DNA of 24,000 bases from Castellaniella sp. (GTDB lineage: Bacteria > Pseudomonadota > Gammaproteobacteria > Burkholderiales > Burkholderiaceae_B): assembly GCF_034675845.1 (NCBI RefSeq), contig NZ_JAUCCU010000001.1:1012931-1036930 (forward strand), given 5' to 3'. Numbering within the stretch: the stretch's first letter is position 1; the number at the start of each line of letters is the position of its first letter. Both the position numbers and the translations under genes were made by a program. This document shows positions 16,753-24,000 of this stretch, piece by piece. A model generated the notes under the pieces. It searched no databases. It had not been told where the DNA came from and saw only the letters and a program-made list of their open reading frames with translations.

Positions 16753-18077
16753 TGAATGCTCCCGCCCCTTTGCGGCGTAAATTTCTCGTCGGCAGCAGCG
16801 CATTGCTGCTATTGCCCGTCATTCCGCGCCTGGCGCACGCTGCCACCATTCTGGCCGTGCGTACCTGGCCTGCCGACGAGTACACCCGCGTGACCCTGGA
16901 AATGGATCACGACCTGAAAGCCGAGCATTTCACCCTGGATGGCCCGGACCGCTTGGTGGTCGATATCCAGGGCCTGCGCCTGAGCCCCGCCATCGACCGC
17001 CTGGTCTCGCAGATCAAGCCCAACGATCCCTACATCAGCGCAGTGCGCGTGGGTCAGAACACGCCCAACGTCGTACGACTGGTGTTCGACCTGAAACAAG
17101 ACGTCGCGCCCCAGGTGTTCACCCTGAAACCCATTGGTGAATACAAATACCGGCTGGTGCTGGATCTGTATCCGAAAATCGCACAAGATCCGCTGATGGC
17201 CCTGCTGAAGGATGCGGATAACGATCCTCTGGCGGGGATTCTCGAAAACCTGGCCCAGAACAGCCCCACCGAAGCCCCGATCCCGTCCGTAGAGGGGCAG
17301 AAGCTGCCCCCGCCGCCCAGCCCACCACCAGTGGCGGTCGCGCCAAAGCCCACGCCACCTGGTTCGCGCAACGACCGGCCCATCCTGATCGCGCTGGACC
17401 CCGGCCACGGTGGCGAAGATCCTGGCGCAATCGGCAAACGCGGCACCCGCGAAAAAGATATTGTGCTGCAAATCGCCCAGCGCCTGAAGAAAATGATCGA
17501 CGCGCAACCCAATATGCGTGCGTACCTGACCCGTGATCGCGATTATTTCGTGCCGCTGAACGTACGGGTGCAAAAGGCGCGGCGGGTGCAGGCAGATCTG
17601 TTCATCTCCATCCACGCGGATGCCTGGATAAAGCCCTCGGCTCGGGGATCGTCAGTCTGGGCGCTGTCCCAGAACGGCGCCACCAGTTCGGCTGCCCGCT
17701 GGCTGGCCAAAAAAGAAAACGATGCCGACTTGATCGGCGGGGTGAATCTGGGATCGCACAATCGGCAGGTGGCGCAGGTGCTGCTGGATCTATCCACAGG
17801 CGCACAAATCAACGATTCAATTCGGGTGGGGTCGCAGGTCTTGCAGGAAATCGGCAAGATCAACCGCTTGCATAAAAGCCACATCGAACGCGCCGGTTTT
17901 GCTGTCTTGAAAGCGCCGGATATCCCATCCATCCTGATCGAGACAGCCTTTATCAGCAACCCCGAAGAAGAATCTCTGCTGCGCACCCCGGCACATCAAC
18001 AGAAAATCGCCTCGGCGGTATTCAGCGGTGTGCGGGATTACTTTGCAGCCAACCCCGCATTGGCCCGGCGGGCCTGA
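16752..18077 (+). CDS. amiC: N-acetylmuramoyl-L-alanine amidase, AmiC-like (Tat signal + AMIN domain + Amidase_3 domain)
   Basis: It has a twin-arginine signal (MNAPAPLRRKFLVGSSALLLLPVIPRLAHA), an AMIN-like segment (ILAVRTWPADEYTRVTLEMD…), a Pro-rich linker and a catalytic domain (ILIALDPGHGGEDPGAIG…ISIHADA…). ATG 16752 overlaps the tsaE stop (TGATG). An alternative ATG at 16722 would add 10 aa. Confidence 0.85.
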   Translation: MNAPAPLRRKFLVGSSALLLLPVIPRLAHAATILAVRTWPADEYTRVTLEMDHDLKAEHFTLDGPDRLVVDIQGLRLSPAIDRLVSQIKPNDPYISAVRVGQNTPNVVRLVFDLKQDVAPQVFTLKPIGEYKYRLVLDLYPKIAQDPLMALLKDADNDPLAGILENLAQNSPTEAPIPSVEGQKLPPPPSPPPVAVAPKPTPPGSRNDRPILIALDPGHGGEDPGAIGKRGTREKDIVLQIAQRLKKMIDAQPNMRAYLTRDRDYFVPLNVRVQKARRVQADLFISIHADAWIKPSARGSSVWALSQNGATSSAARWLAKKENDADLIGGVNLGSHNRQVAQVLLDLSTGAQINDSIRVGSQVLQEIGKINRLHKSHIERAGFAVLKAPDIPSILIETAFISNPEEESLLRTPAHQQKIASAVFSGVRDYFAANPALARRA

Positions 18078-18094
18078 TTCAATTCAGGACAGGT

Positions 18095-18985
18095 CTAAAC
18101 CAGCCCCAGCCAAATCGGCAGGGTGACGGTCGACAGCAGAGTTCCCAGCGACATCGTCACCGCGACCAATCGCCCATCCCCGCCCATGCGGGCGGCCAGC
18201 ACATGCGCCGCCGACGAAGTAGGCACCGCTGAAAACAGCAGCAACACGGCGGATTCACGCGCCGGCAACTGCATCATCCACGCCAAGGCCAGGGTCCACA
18301 GGGGCAATAACAGCAGTTTTGCGCTGGTCATCCAGGCGATCAGCGGCGCGTGCTGGCGGCCACCCTGCAACGAGAGCGCCGCGCCCACGCACAATAAGCC
18401 CAGGGCAATTGCACAGGCGCCCAGGCCCTCTAAAGCCCGGCCCAGCACCTGCGGCACCGGGATCTGGAAAAAATTGCACGCCAGGGCAGCCAGGGTGGAC
18501 AGGATAAAGGGATTGACGGCAAGCTGCCGTAGCGTCCGGCCACCATGGCGGCTGGCCAGCGCATGCACGGCCCCGACATTGCTGATGGGCACGGCAAACC
18601 CCAGAATCACCGCCATGGTGGCCTGGGCATCGGCCCAGCCCAAGCCGGTGGCCAGCGACAAGGCCAGATAGCTGTTGAAGCGAAACGCGCACTGGGCCGT
18701 GGCCGCGTGCGCCCCAGCATCCGGGCGCACCAGCAAGCGCCCCAACCAGGCCATGGCAATACCCCCCAACATCACCCCCAGGGTCGCGGCCAGCAGCACG
18801 GTGGCGCTGCCCAACGCAATGGGTGCGCGGGTGATCGAATGAAACAGCAAGGCCGGAAACAACACAAAATAGACCAGCTTTTCGGCCTGGGTGAAAAAAT
18901 GCCGGTCGAAACCAAAGCGATGCAGTAACAGCCAGCCCAGGGCGATCAGCAGGAAATCCGGCAGGATCAGCAGGATGACGGACAT
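18095..18985 (-). CDS. AEC-family (auxin efflux carrier-like) membrane transporter
   Basis: 296-aa polytopic membrane protein with AEC/Mem_trans-like organisation (MSVILLILPDFLLIALGWLL… start, two hydrophobic halves). Starts 9 nt downstream of dedA, so probably co-transcribed. Substrate unknown. Confidence 0.65.
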   Translation of the reverse strand: MSVILLILPDFLLIALGWLLLHRFGFDRHFFTQAEKLVYFVLFPALLFHSITRAPIALGSATVLLAATLGVMLGGIAMAWLGRLLVRPDAGAHAATAQCAFRFNSYLALSLATGLGWADAQATMAVILGFAVPISNVGAVHALASRHGGRTLRQLAVNPFILSTLAALACNFFQIPVPQVLGRALEGLGACAIALGLLCVGAALSLQGGRQHAPLIAWMTSAKLLLLPLWTLALAWMMQLPARESAVLLLFSAVPTSSAAHVLAARMGGDGRLVAVTMSLGTLLSTVTLPIWLGLV

Positions 18986-18994
18986 ACGACAGAA

Positions 18995-19654
18995 TCAGGC
19001 GGTATCCGGGTGGCGGCGCAGCATTTTCCAGAGCACCCCCAACACGGCAGGTATGACCGCCGCCCCAATACCGATCAGCACAATGGTGTTCAGGTGTTCC
19101 TTAACTATCGGCACATTGCCGAAAAAATACCCCAGCGTCACCAGGCCAGCAATCCAGGCCACCGCCCCGATGACGTTGTATAGCTGAAACATGGCAATTC
19201 GCATGCCCGCCACCCCTGCCACAAAAGGCGCAAAGGTACGAAACAAGGGTAGAAAGCGAGACAGCACGATGGTCTTGCCGCCGTGCTTCTCGTAAAAAAC
19301 ATGGGTTTTCAGCAGGGCCTTGCGGTCCAGAAAGCGGTAGTCATGAGAAAAGACCTTGGGGCCGATGTAGCGGCCCACGGCATAATTGACGGTATTGCCC
19401 AAAATCGCCGCCACGATCAGGATGCCAGCCAGCAAGACCGGGTCCAGCAGTCCATTTGCGCCAAAGGCCCCGGCAATGAACAGCAAAGAATCCCCCGGCA
19501 AAAAAGGCAATACGATCAGGCCAGTCTCGCCAAAGATGATCAGGGCCAGAATCAGATAGATCCAGGCGCCATACTGGGCCACCCAGACCCCCAGAGACTG
19601 GTCGATATTAAGCAGCAAATGAAAAAATTCGGCCATGACCGTTTGAAGCCCCAT
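18995..19654 (-). CDS. dedA: DedA-family inner-membrane protein (VTT domain)
   Basis: Aligns by eye with E. coli DedA (…FGETGLIVLPFLPGDSLLFIAGA…, FYEKHGGKTIVLSRFLPLFRTFAPFVAGV…, YNVIGA…GYFFG). The start may be ATG 19654 or ATG 19636; neither has a clear SD. Confidence 0.85.
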   Translation of the reverse strand: MGLQTVMAEFFHLLLNIDQSLGVWVAQYGAWIYLILALIIFGETGLIVLPFLPGDSLLFIAGAFGANGLLDPVLLAGILIVAAILGNTVNYAVGRYIGPKVFSHDYRFLDRKALLKTHVFYEKHGGKTIVLSRFLPLFRTFAPFVAGVAGMRIAMFQLYNVIGAVAWIAGLVTLGYFFGNVPIVKEHLNTIVLIGIGAAVIPAVLGVLWKMLRRHPDTA

Positions 19655-19701
19655 GCATGGTGTTGATGGACGTGTAAAACTTTCTTGGTGAAGCCTATCA
19701 C

Positions 19702-19707
19702 TATAAT
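19702..19707 (+). promoter_or_regulatory. Perfect TATAAT -10 hexamer 6 nt upstream of the mutL ATG (candidate leaderless-mRNA promoter)
   Basis: The sequence reads cacTATAATcgttttATG. There is no SD between the hexamer and ATG 19714, and no good -35 at 16-18 nt. Confidence 0.3.
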
Positions 19708-19713
19708 CGTTTT

Positions 19714-21558
19714 ATGACGCGTCCCATCTCTGCCCTGCCCGACACTCTGATCAGCCAAATCGCCGCTGGCGAGGTCATCGAGCGCCCCGCATCCGTCCTG
19801 AAGGAACTGCTGGAAAATGCCCTGGACGCAGGCAGCCGGGCGATAGAGATCCGCCTGGACGGCGGGGGCATCCGGCGCATTCTGGTGGCCGATGATGGCC
19901 ACGGCATCCCACCGGATCAACTCAGCCTGGCCTTGCAGCGTCACGCCACCAGCAAGATAACGACCCTGGCTGAACTCGAATCCGTGGCCACCATGGGATT
20001 TCGCGGCGAGGCGCTGGCCTCGATCGCCTCAGTGGCGCAGTTGACCTTGGTTTCCCGCACCGCAGACACCGATCAGGCCTGGCAACTCGGCCCGGACCAG
20101 GCTGACCCCAGCCCGGCAGCGGGGCCGGTAGGCACCCGGATCGATGTCCGGCAACTGTTCGACCATATCCCCGCGCGACGTAAATTCCTGCGCTCCGAGG
20201 CCACGGAATACAGCCACTGCCTGCAGGCCATCGAGCGCATCGCACTGGCCCACCCGGAAATCGCACTGCGGGTATTCCATAACGACAAGCCGCAGCGCAA
20301 CTGGCCGGTCAGCGATATTTTGGGGCGCATCCACGATGTCCTGGGGGCTGAATTCCAGGCACAAAGCCTGCCAGTCACGACCGATCAGGGCCTGATCACG
20401 CTGGAAGGCTGCATCACGCGACCGACGTTTGCCCGCCCCCGGGCAGACCGCCAATACCTGTATGTCAATGGCCGTTATGTGCGCGACCGCACGGTGTCAC
20501 ACGCCATCCGCCAGGCCTATGCCGACGTGCTGCACGGAGACCGCCAGCCTGCCTACGTGCTGTTTCTCAGCCTCGACCCGACCGGCGTGGACGTGAATGT
20601 GCATCCGGCCAAGAGCGAGGTTCGATTCCGCGACAGCGGGGCCATCCACCGCTACGTCAGCCAGACCTTGGGCCAGGCCCTGGCCCAGCGCGGTGGTGCG
20701 GCAGGCGAGGCGGCAGACACCCCGCCCGACCCGTCTAGCGCAGAACCCCGCCCGCCCATCAACCTGGCCCTGCAACCGGGCACGCTGCCGCCCAGCCACC
20801 GCCCCCCTGCATATCCGCAGCGGGTGCCTGTACAGCAACGGTTCTCGCTGCATGATGCCCAAGCGGGCCAAGACTGGAAAAAACTATATCAGCCACTGGC
20901 GACGAACCGGGATCTCAGCCCTGTGCATCCCGCAGGCTCGACCATCGGCCCAGACAAAGCCCCCGCCACCGACGAGTTGCCCCTGGGCCTGGCCCTGGGC
21001 CAACTGCACGGCATTTATATCCTGGCGCAAAACAGCCGTGGCCTGGTGCTGGTGGACATGCATGCCGCCCACGAACGCGTGGTCTACGAACGGCTGAAAA
21101 CCACCCTGGATACGGCTGCGCTGCCCACCCAGGATTTGTTGGTACCCGTTGTCTTTACCGCGACCGAAACCCAGGTGACTACCGCCCAGGAACATCAAGA
21201 CACCCTGGATAGCCTGGGCCTGCGCATCCACGCCACCGGCCCCGCATCCTTGGCTGTGCGCGCCGTCCCCGCCCTATTGGCCCAGGGTGACATCGAAGCC
21301 CTGGCCCGTGGCGTGCTGGCTGATATTGAGCGCTTTGGCGAATCAGCCCGCCTGACCCAGCAACGCAACGAACTCTTGTCCACCATGGCCTGTCACGGTG
21401 CCATTCGCGCCAATCGCCGCCTGACACTGGATGAAATGAATGCCCTGCTGCGTCAAATGGAACGCACCGAACGCGCCGACCAATGCAATCATGGCCGCCC
21501 CACCTGGTTCCAGTGGAGCCTGTCCGACCTGGATAAGCTGTTCATGCGAGGACAATAA
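19714..21558 (+). CDS. mutL: DNA mismatch repair protein MutL
   Basis: 614 aa. The GHKL ATPase N-terminus ([29 protein letters not shown]…) matches MutL. It also has a Pro-rich linker and a C-terminal dimerisation/endonuclease-type domain (…[25 protein letters not shown]…CNHGRPTW). Confidence 0.95.
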   Translation: MTRPISALPDTLISQIAAGEVIERPASVLKELLENALDAGSRAIEIRLDGGGIRRILVADDGHGIPPDQLSLALQRHATSKITTLAELESVATMGFRGEALASIASVAQLTLVSRTADTDQAWQLGPDQADPSPAAGPVGTRIDVRQLFDHIPARRKFLRSEATEYSHCLQAIERIALAHPEIALRVFHNDKPQRNWPVSDILGRIHDVLGAEFQAQSLPVTTDQGLITLEGCITRPTFARPRADRQYLYVNGRYVRDRTVSHAIRQAYADVLHGDRQPAYVLFLSLDPTGVDVNVHPAKSEVRFRDSGAIHRYVSQTLGQALAQRGGAAGEAADTPPDPSSAEPRPPINLALQPGTLPPSHRPPAYPQRVPVQQRFSLHDAQAGQDWKKLYQPLATNRDLSPVHPAGSTIGPDKAPATDELPLGLALGQLHGIYILAQNSRGLVLVDMHAAHERVVYERLKTTLDTAALPTQDLLVPVVFTATETQVTTAQEHQDTLDSLGLRIHATGPASLAVRAVPALLAQGDIEALARGVLADIERFGESARLTQQRNELLSTMACHGAIRANRRLTLDEMNALLRQMERTERADQCNHGRPTWFQWSLSDLDKLFMRGQ

Positions 21559-21586
21559 GTCCAACACCACCCAGAGTATTGCCATC

Positions 21587-22537
21587 GTGACTCCCTCCCC
21601 CTCTCTGCTCTGCCTGGCTGGCCCGACGGCCTCGGGCAAATCGGCTGCTTCCATCGCGCTGGCGCAGCGCTGGCCGATCGAGTTGATCATCATGGACTCG
21701 GCCACCATCTATCGCAGCATGGATATCGGCACGGCCAAGCCCAGCCCCCAAGAGCAAGCCCTGGTGGCACATCACCTGCTGGATATCCGTGATCCAGCGC
21801 AATCGTATTCGGCGGCGGACTTTGCCCATGAGGCCGCCGCCCTGGTGCAGGCTATCCATGCGCGCGGCAACATCCCGGTGCTGTGCGGCGGCACCATGCT
21901 GTACTACAAGGCACTGCGCGAAGGCCTGAACGATCTGCCCGAGGCCGACCCTAGTATCCGCCAGGCCCTGGATGCCGAGGCACAGGCGCGCGGCTGGCCT
22001 GCCTTGCACGCTGAACTGGCCCAGGTTGATCCGGTCACTGCCGCCCGCCTGGCCCCCAACGACAGCCAGCGCCTGCAGCGCGCCCTGGAAATCTGGCGCA
22101 GCAGCGGACGCCCCATGAGCGACTGGCTGGCCCAGCCTCTCCAGCCCGTGCTGCCCGGTTGGCGTTTTCTAACGATCAGCCTGGAACCCTCCGATCGTGC
22201 CGTGTTGCATGCGCGGATTGCCCAGCGTTACCGAGTCATGCTGGACATGGGGCTGTTGGATGAAGTGCGTGCCCTGCACGCCCGGCCAGACCTGCATCCT
22301 GGCCTGCCATCCGTGCGCTGCGTCGGGTATCGCCAACTATGGGATCACCTGGACGGGCACGTACCCCTGGACACCGCCATCGAGCAGGCCATTGCCGCCA
22401 CCCGCCAATTGGCCAAGCGCCAGATCACTTGGCTGCGCAGCCTGCCCCAGCGTCATATCGTGGATTGCCTGTCGGACCAGGCAGTGCCGGAAATAATCCG
22501 GCACTGCGAGCAGACATGGGATGCCGCACCATCATGA
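21587..22537 (+). CDS. miaA: tRNA dimethylallyltransferase (tRNA i6A37 synthase)
   Basis: It has the P-loop [33 protein letters not shown] and typical MiaA downstream sequence. There is no in-frame ATG after the mutL stop, so GTG 21587 (316 aa) is the most plausible start. The ORF-track ATG 21440 would overlap mutL by 119 nt. Confidence 0.88.
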   Translation: MTPSPSLLCLAGPTASGKSAASIALAQRWPIELIIMDSATIYRSMDIGTAKPSPQEQALVAHHLLDIRDPAQSYSAADFAHEAAALVQAIHARGNIPVLCGGTMLYYKALREGLNDLPEADPSIRQALDAEAQARGWPALHAELAQVDPVTAARLAPNDSQRLQRALEIWRSSGRPMSDWLAQPLQPVLPGWRFLTISLEPSDRAVLHARIAQRYRVMLDMGLLDEVRALHARPDLHPGLPSVRCVGYRQLWDHLDGHVPLDTAIEQAIAATRQLAKRQITWLRSLPQRHIVDCLSDQAVPEIIRHCEQTWDAAPS

Positions 22538-22574
22538 CCCCCTGTCCGAGCAAAAACGAGATTGGTAAAACCGA

Positions 22575-23624
22575 TCAATTCACGATGGTCTGGGGGCCAT
22601 CGGGTTGTTGGGCTTCCACCTGGCCCAGGGTATAGACCGTTTCGCCGTGGGACTGCAGCGTAGCGGTAATGGCGGCTACCTGGGCGCTGTCCACCACCAG
22701 TACCATGCCGATGCCGCAGTTGAATACACGGGCCATTTCGTGGTCGGACACCCCGCCCTGGGCCTGTAACCACTGAAACAGAGTGGGCCACTGCCAGGCG
22801 TCGCGATGCACGTGGGCGCACAGACCAGCGCGCAAAATGCGGGGGATGTTTTCCAGCAAGCCCCCACCGGTAATATGCGCCAGACCCTTAATCGTCCGGC
22901 GATGGGCAGCCAAAGCAGCCAGCACGGATTTCACATAAATCCGGGTGGGCTGCATGACCACATCACCCAAGGGGCGCCCACCCATATCCTGATCGGGGTG
23001 GGCATTGGCATGCTGCAGGATTTTACGCACCAGCGAATAACCATTGGAATGTGCGCCGCTGGAGGCCAAGCCAAGCAGCGTATCGCCCACCTGGATATCG
23101 GATCCGTTAATCAGATCGGATTTCTCGACGGCACCCACGGCAAAGCCGGCCAGATCGTATTCACCATCCGGGTACATGCCCGGCATCTCGGCGGTCTCAC
23201 CGCCAATCAGGGCGCAGCCGGCCAGTTCGCAGCCGTGGGCAATCCCGCCTACCACCTGGGCGGCCGTATCCACAGAAAGCTTGCCGCAGGCAAAATAATC
23301 CAGAAAATAAAGGGGCTCTGCCCCCTGGACCAGAATGTCGTTGACGCTCATGGCGACCAGATCAATACCGACAGTATCGTGGCGCTGCCATTCAAAGGCC
23401 AGGCGCAACTTAGTGCCTACGCCATCGGTGCCGGACACCAGCACGGGTTCGCGCAGATGCGGGGGTACCTGGAACAAGGCCCCAAAGCCGCCGATGCCGG
23501 CCATGACGCCAGGACGCATCGTACGAGCCGCCAATGGCTTGATGCGGTCGACCAGGGCGTCGCCTGCATCGATATCAACACCCGCATCGCGGTAGGTCAA
23601 GGAGGGGGAGGTGCCGTGTGTCAT
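22575..23624 (-). CDS. purM: Phosphoribosylformylglycinamidine cyclo-ligase (AIR synthetase)
   Basis: From ATG 23624 the product is 349 aa: [29 protein letters not shown]…GGFGALF…[10 protein letters not shown]…, classic PurM. The ORF-track start at 23900 adds 92 non-homologous residues. Confidence 0.95.
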   Translation of the reverse strand: MTHGTSPSLTYRDAGVDIDAGDALVDRIKPLAARTMRPGVMAGIGGFGALFQVPPHLREPVLVSGTDGVGTKLRLAFEWQRHDTVGIDLVAMSVNDILVQGAEPLYFLDYFACGKLSVDTAAQVVGGIAHGCELAGCALIGGETAEMPGMYPDGEYDLAGFAVGAVEKSDLINGSDIQVGDTLLGLASSGAHSNGYSLVRKILQHANAHPDQDMGGRPLGDVVMQPTRIYVKSVLAALAAHRRTIKGLAHITGGGLLENIPRILRAGLCAHVHRDAWQWPTLFQWLQAQGGVSDHEMARVFNCGIGMVLVVDSAQVAAITATLQSHGETVYTLGQVEAQQPDGPQTIVN

Positions 23625-23715
23625 GAGAAAAGCCGCCGAATGTGCAAGAATTGCAGGTTTGGACAATAGTGGCCTGATTTTAACCCGGCCAGCCGGACTG
23701 CACGATACGCATGGC

Positions 23716-24000
23716 ATGACACAGCAATTATTACTGGACCTTCTGCCTGGGGCGCTGCCTACCCTGGATGGTTTCGTGGCGGGCGCCAACCAGGCGGCCC
23801 TGGATGCAGTGCGTGCGCTGGCTCCTGGGCGCGCACTGTATCTGTGGGGCGGAATCGGTTCGGGACGCAGCCATTTATTGCGCGCCTGCGTGCAGGCCAA
23901 TGGTGGACACTATCTGGATGCACGCACGCCGGCGCACTGGCTGCAGGGCATGGCCACGGACGAGGACCAGGCCCTGAGCCTGGTCGCCGTAGACGATGTG
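23716..24000 (+). CDS. hda: DnaA regulatory inactivator Hda (N-terminal part; continues beyond window end)
   Basis: Absent from the ORF track because it is open at the window end. My translation from ATG 23716 is [60 protein letters not shown]…LVAVDDV. The QLxLDL opening, F-x-x-G-x-N, the Walker-A-like [10 protein letters not shown] and the (V/I)DD(V/I) box fit Hda/DnaA-domain-III proteins. Divergent from purM. Confidence 0.72.
   Translation, partial: MTQQLLLDLLPGALPTLDGFVAGANQAALDAVRALAPGRALYLWGGIGSGRSHLLRACVQANGGHYLDARTPAHWLQGMATDEDQALSLVAVDDV

Noticed and set aside
18071-18097. Weak hairpin CCTGA-ttcaat-TCAGG between convergent amiC and the AEC transporter gene.
   Set aside because: It has a 5-bp stem and no U-tract, which is too weak to call a terminator.

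Overview
This window looks like a moderately GC-rich betaproteobacterial chromosome segment. The gene content and order resemble Burkholderiales/Alcaligenaceae, but that assignment is inference only. Positions 1-9528 carry the minus-strand NADH:quinone oxidoreductase operon, nuoK (partial) then J-I-H-G-F-E-D-C-B-A, tightly packed with overlapping stops and starts. Positions 14819-24000 carry core genes: a trimeric-type porin, tsaE, a Tat-exported amiC-like amidase, an AEC-family transporter, dedA, mutL, miaA, purM and the 5' part of hda. Between these two core blocks (about 9.6-14.7 kb) lies an accessory-looking block. It holds an enterobacterial-type tryptophanase operon (tnaA plus a TnaB/Mtr-like permease, minus strand), a roughly 250-bp very AT-rich divergent control region full of ATTTATCAA/TTGATAA repeats, a divergently transcribed YheO/DauR-family regulator, and a PD-(D/E)XK Rpn/transposase-like gene with an in-frame 12-bp tandem repeat and a DUF4351-like C-terminus. 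The most interesting points are that the tna operon seems to lack a canonical TnaC leader and is paired with a YheO-type regulator instead, and that the Rpn-like gene could be a toxin/intragenic-antitoxin or defence-type element. I recognised no rRNA, tRNA, CRISPR array, integrase or IS element. The many long ORFs antisense to the real genes are treated as compositional artefacts.
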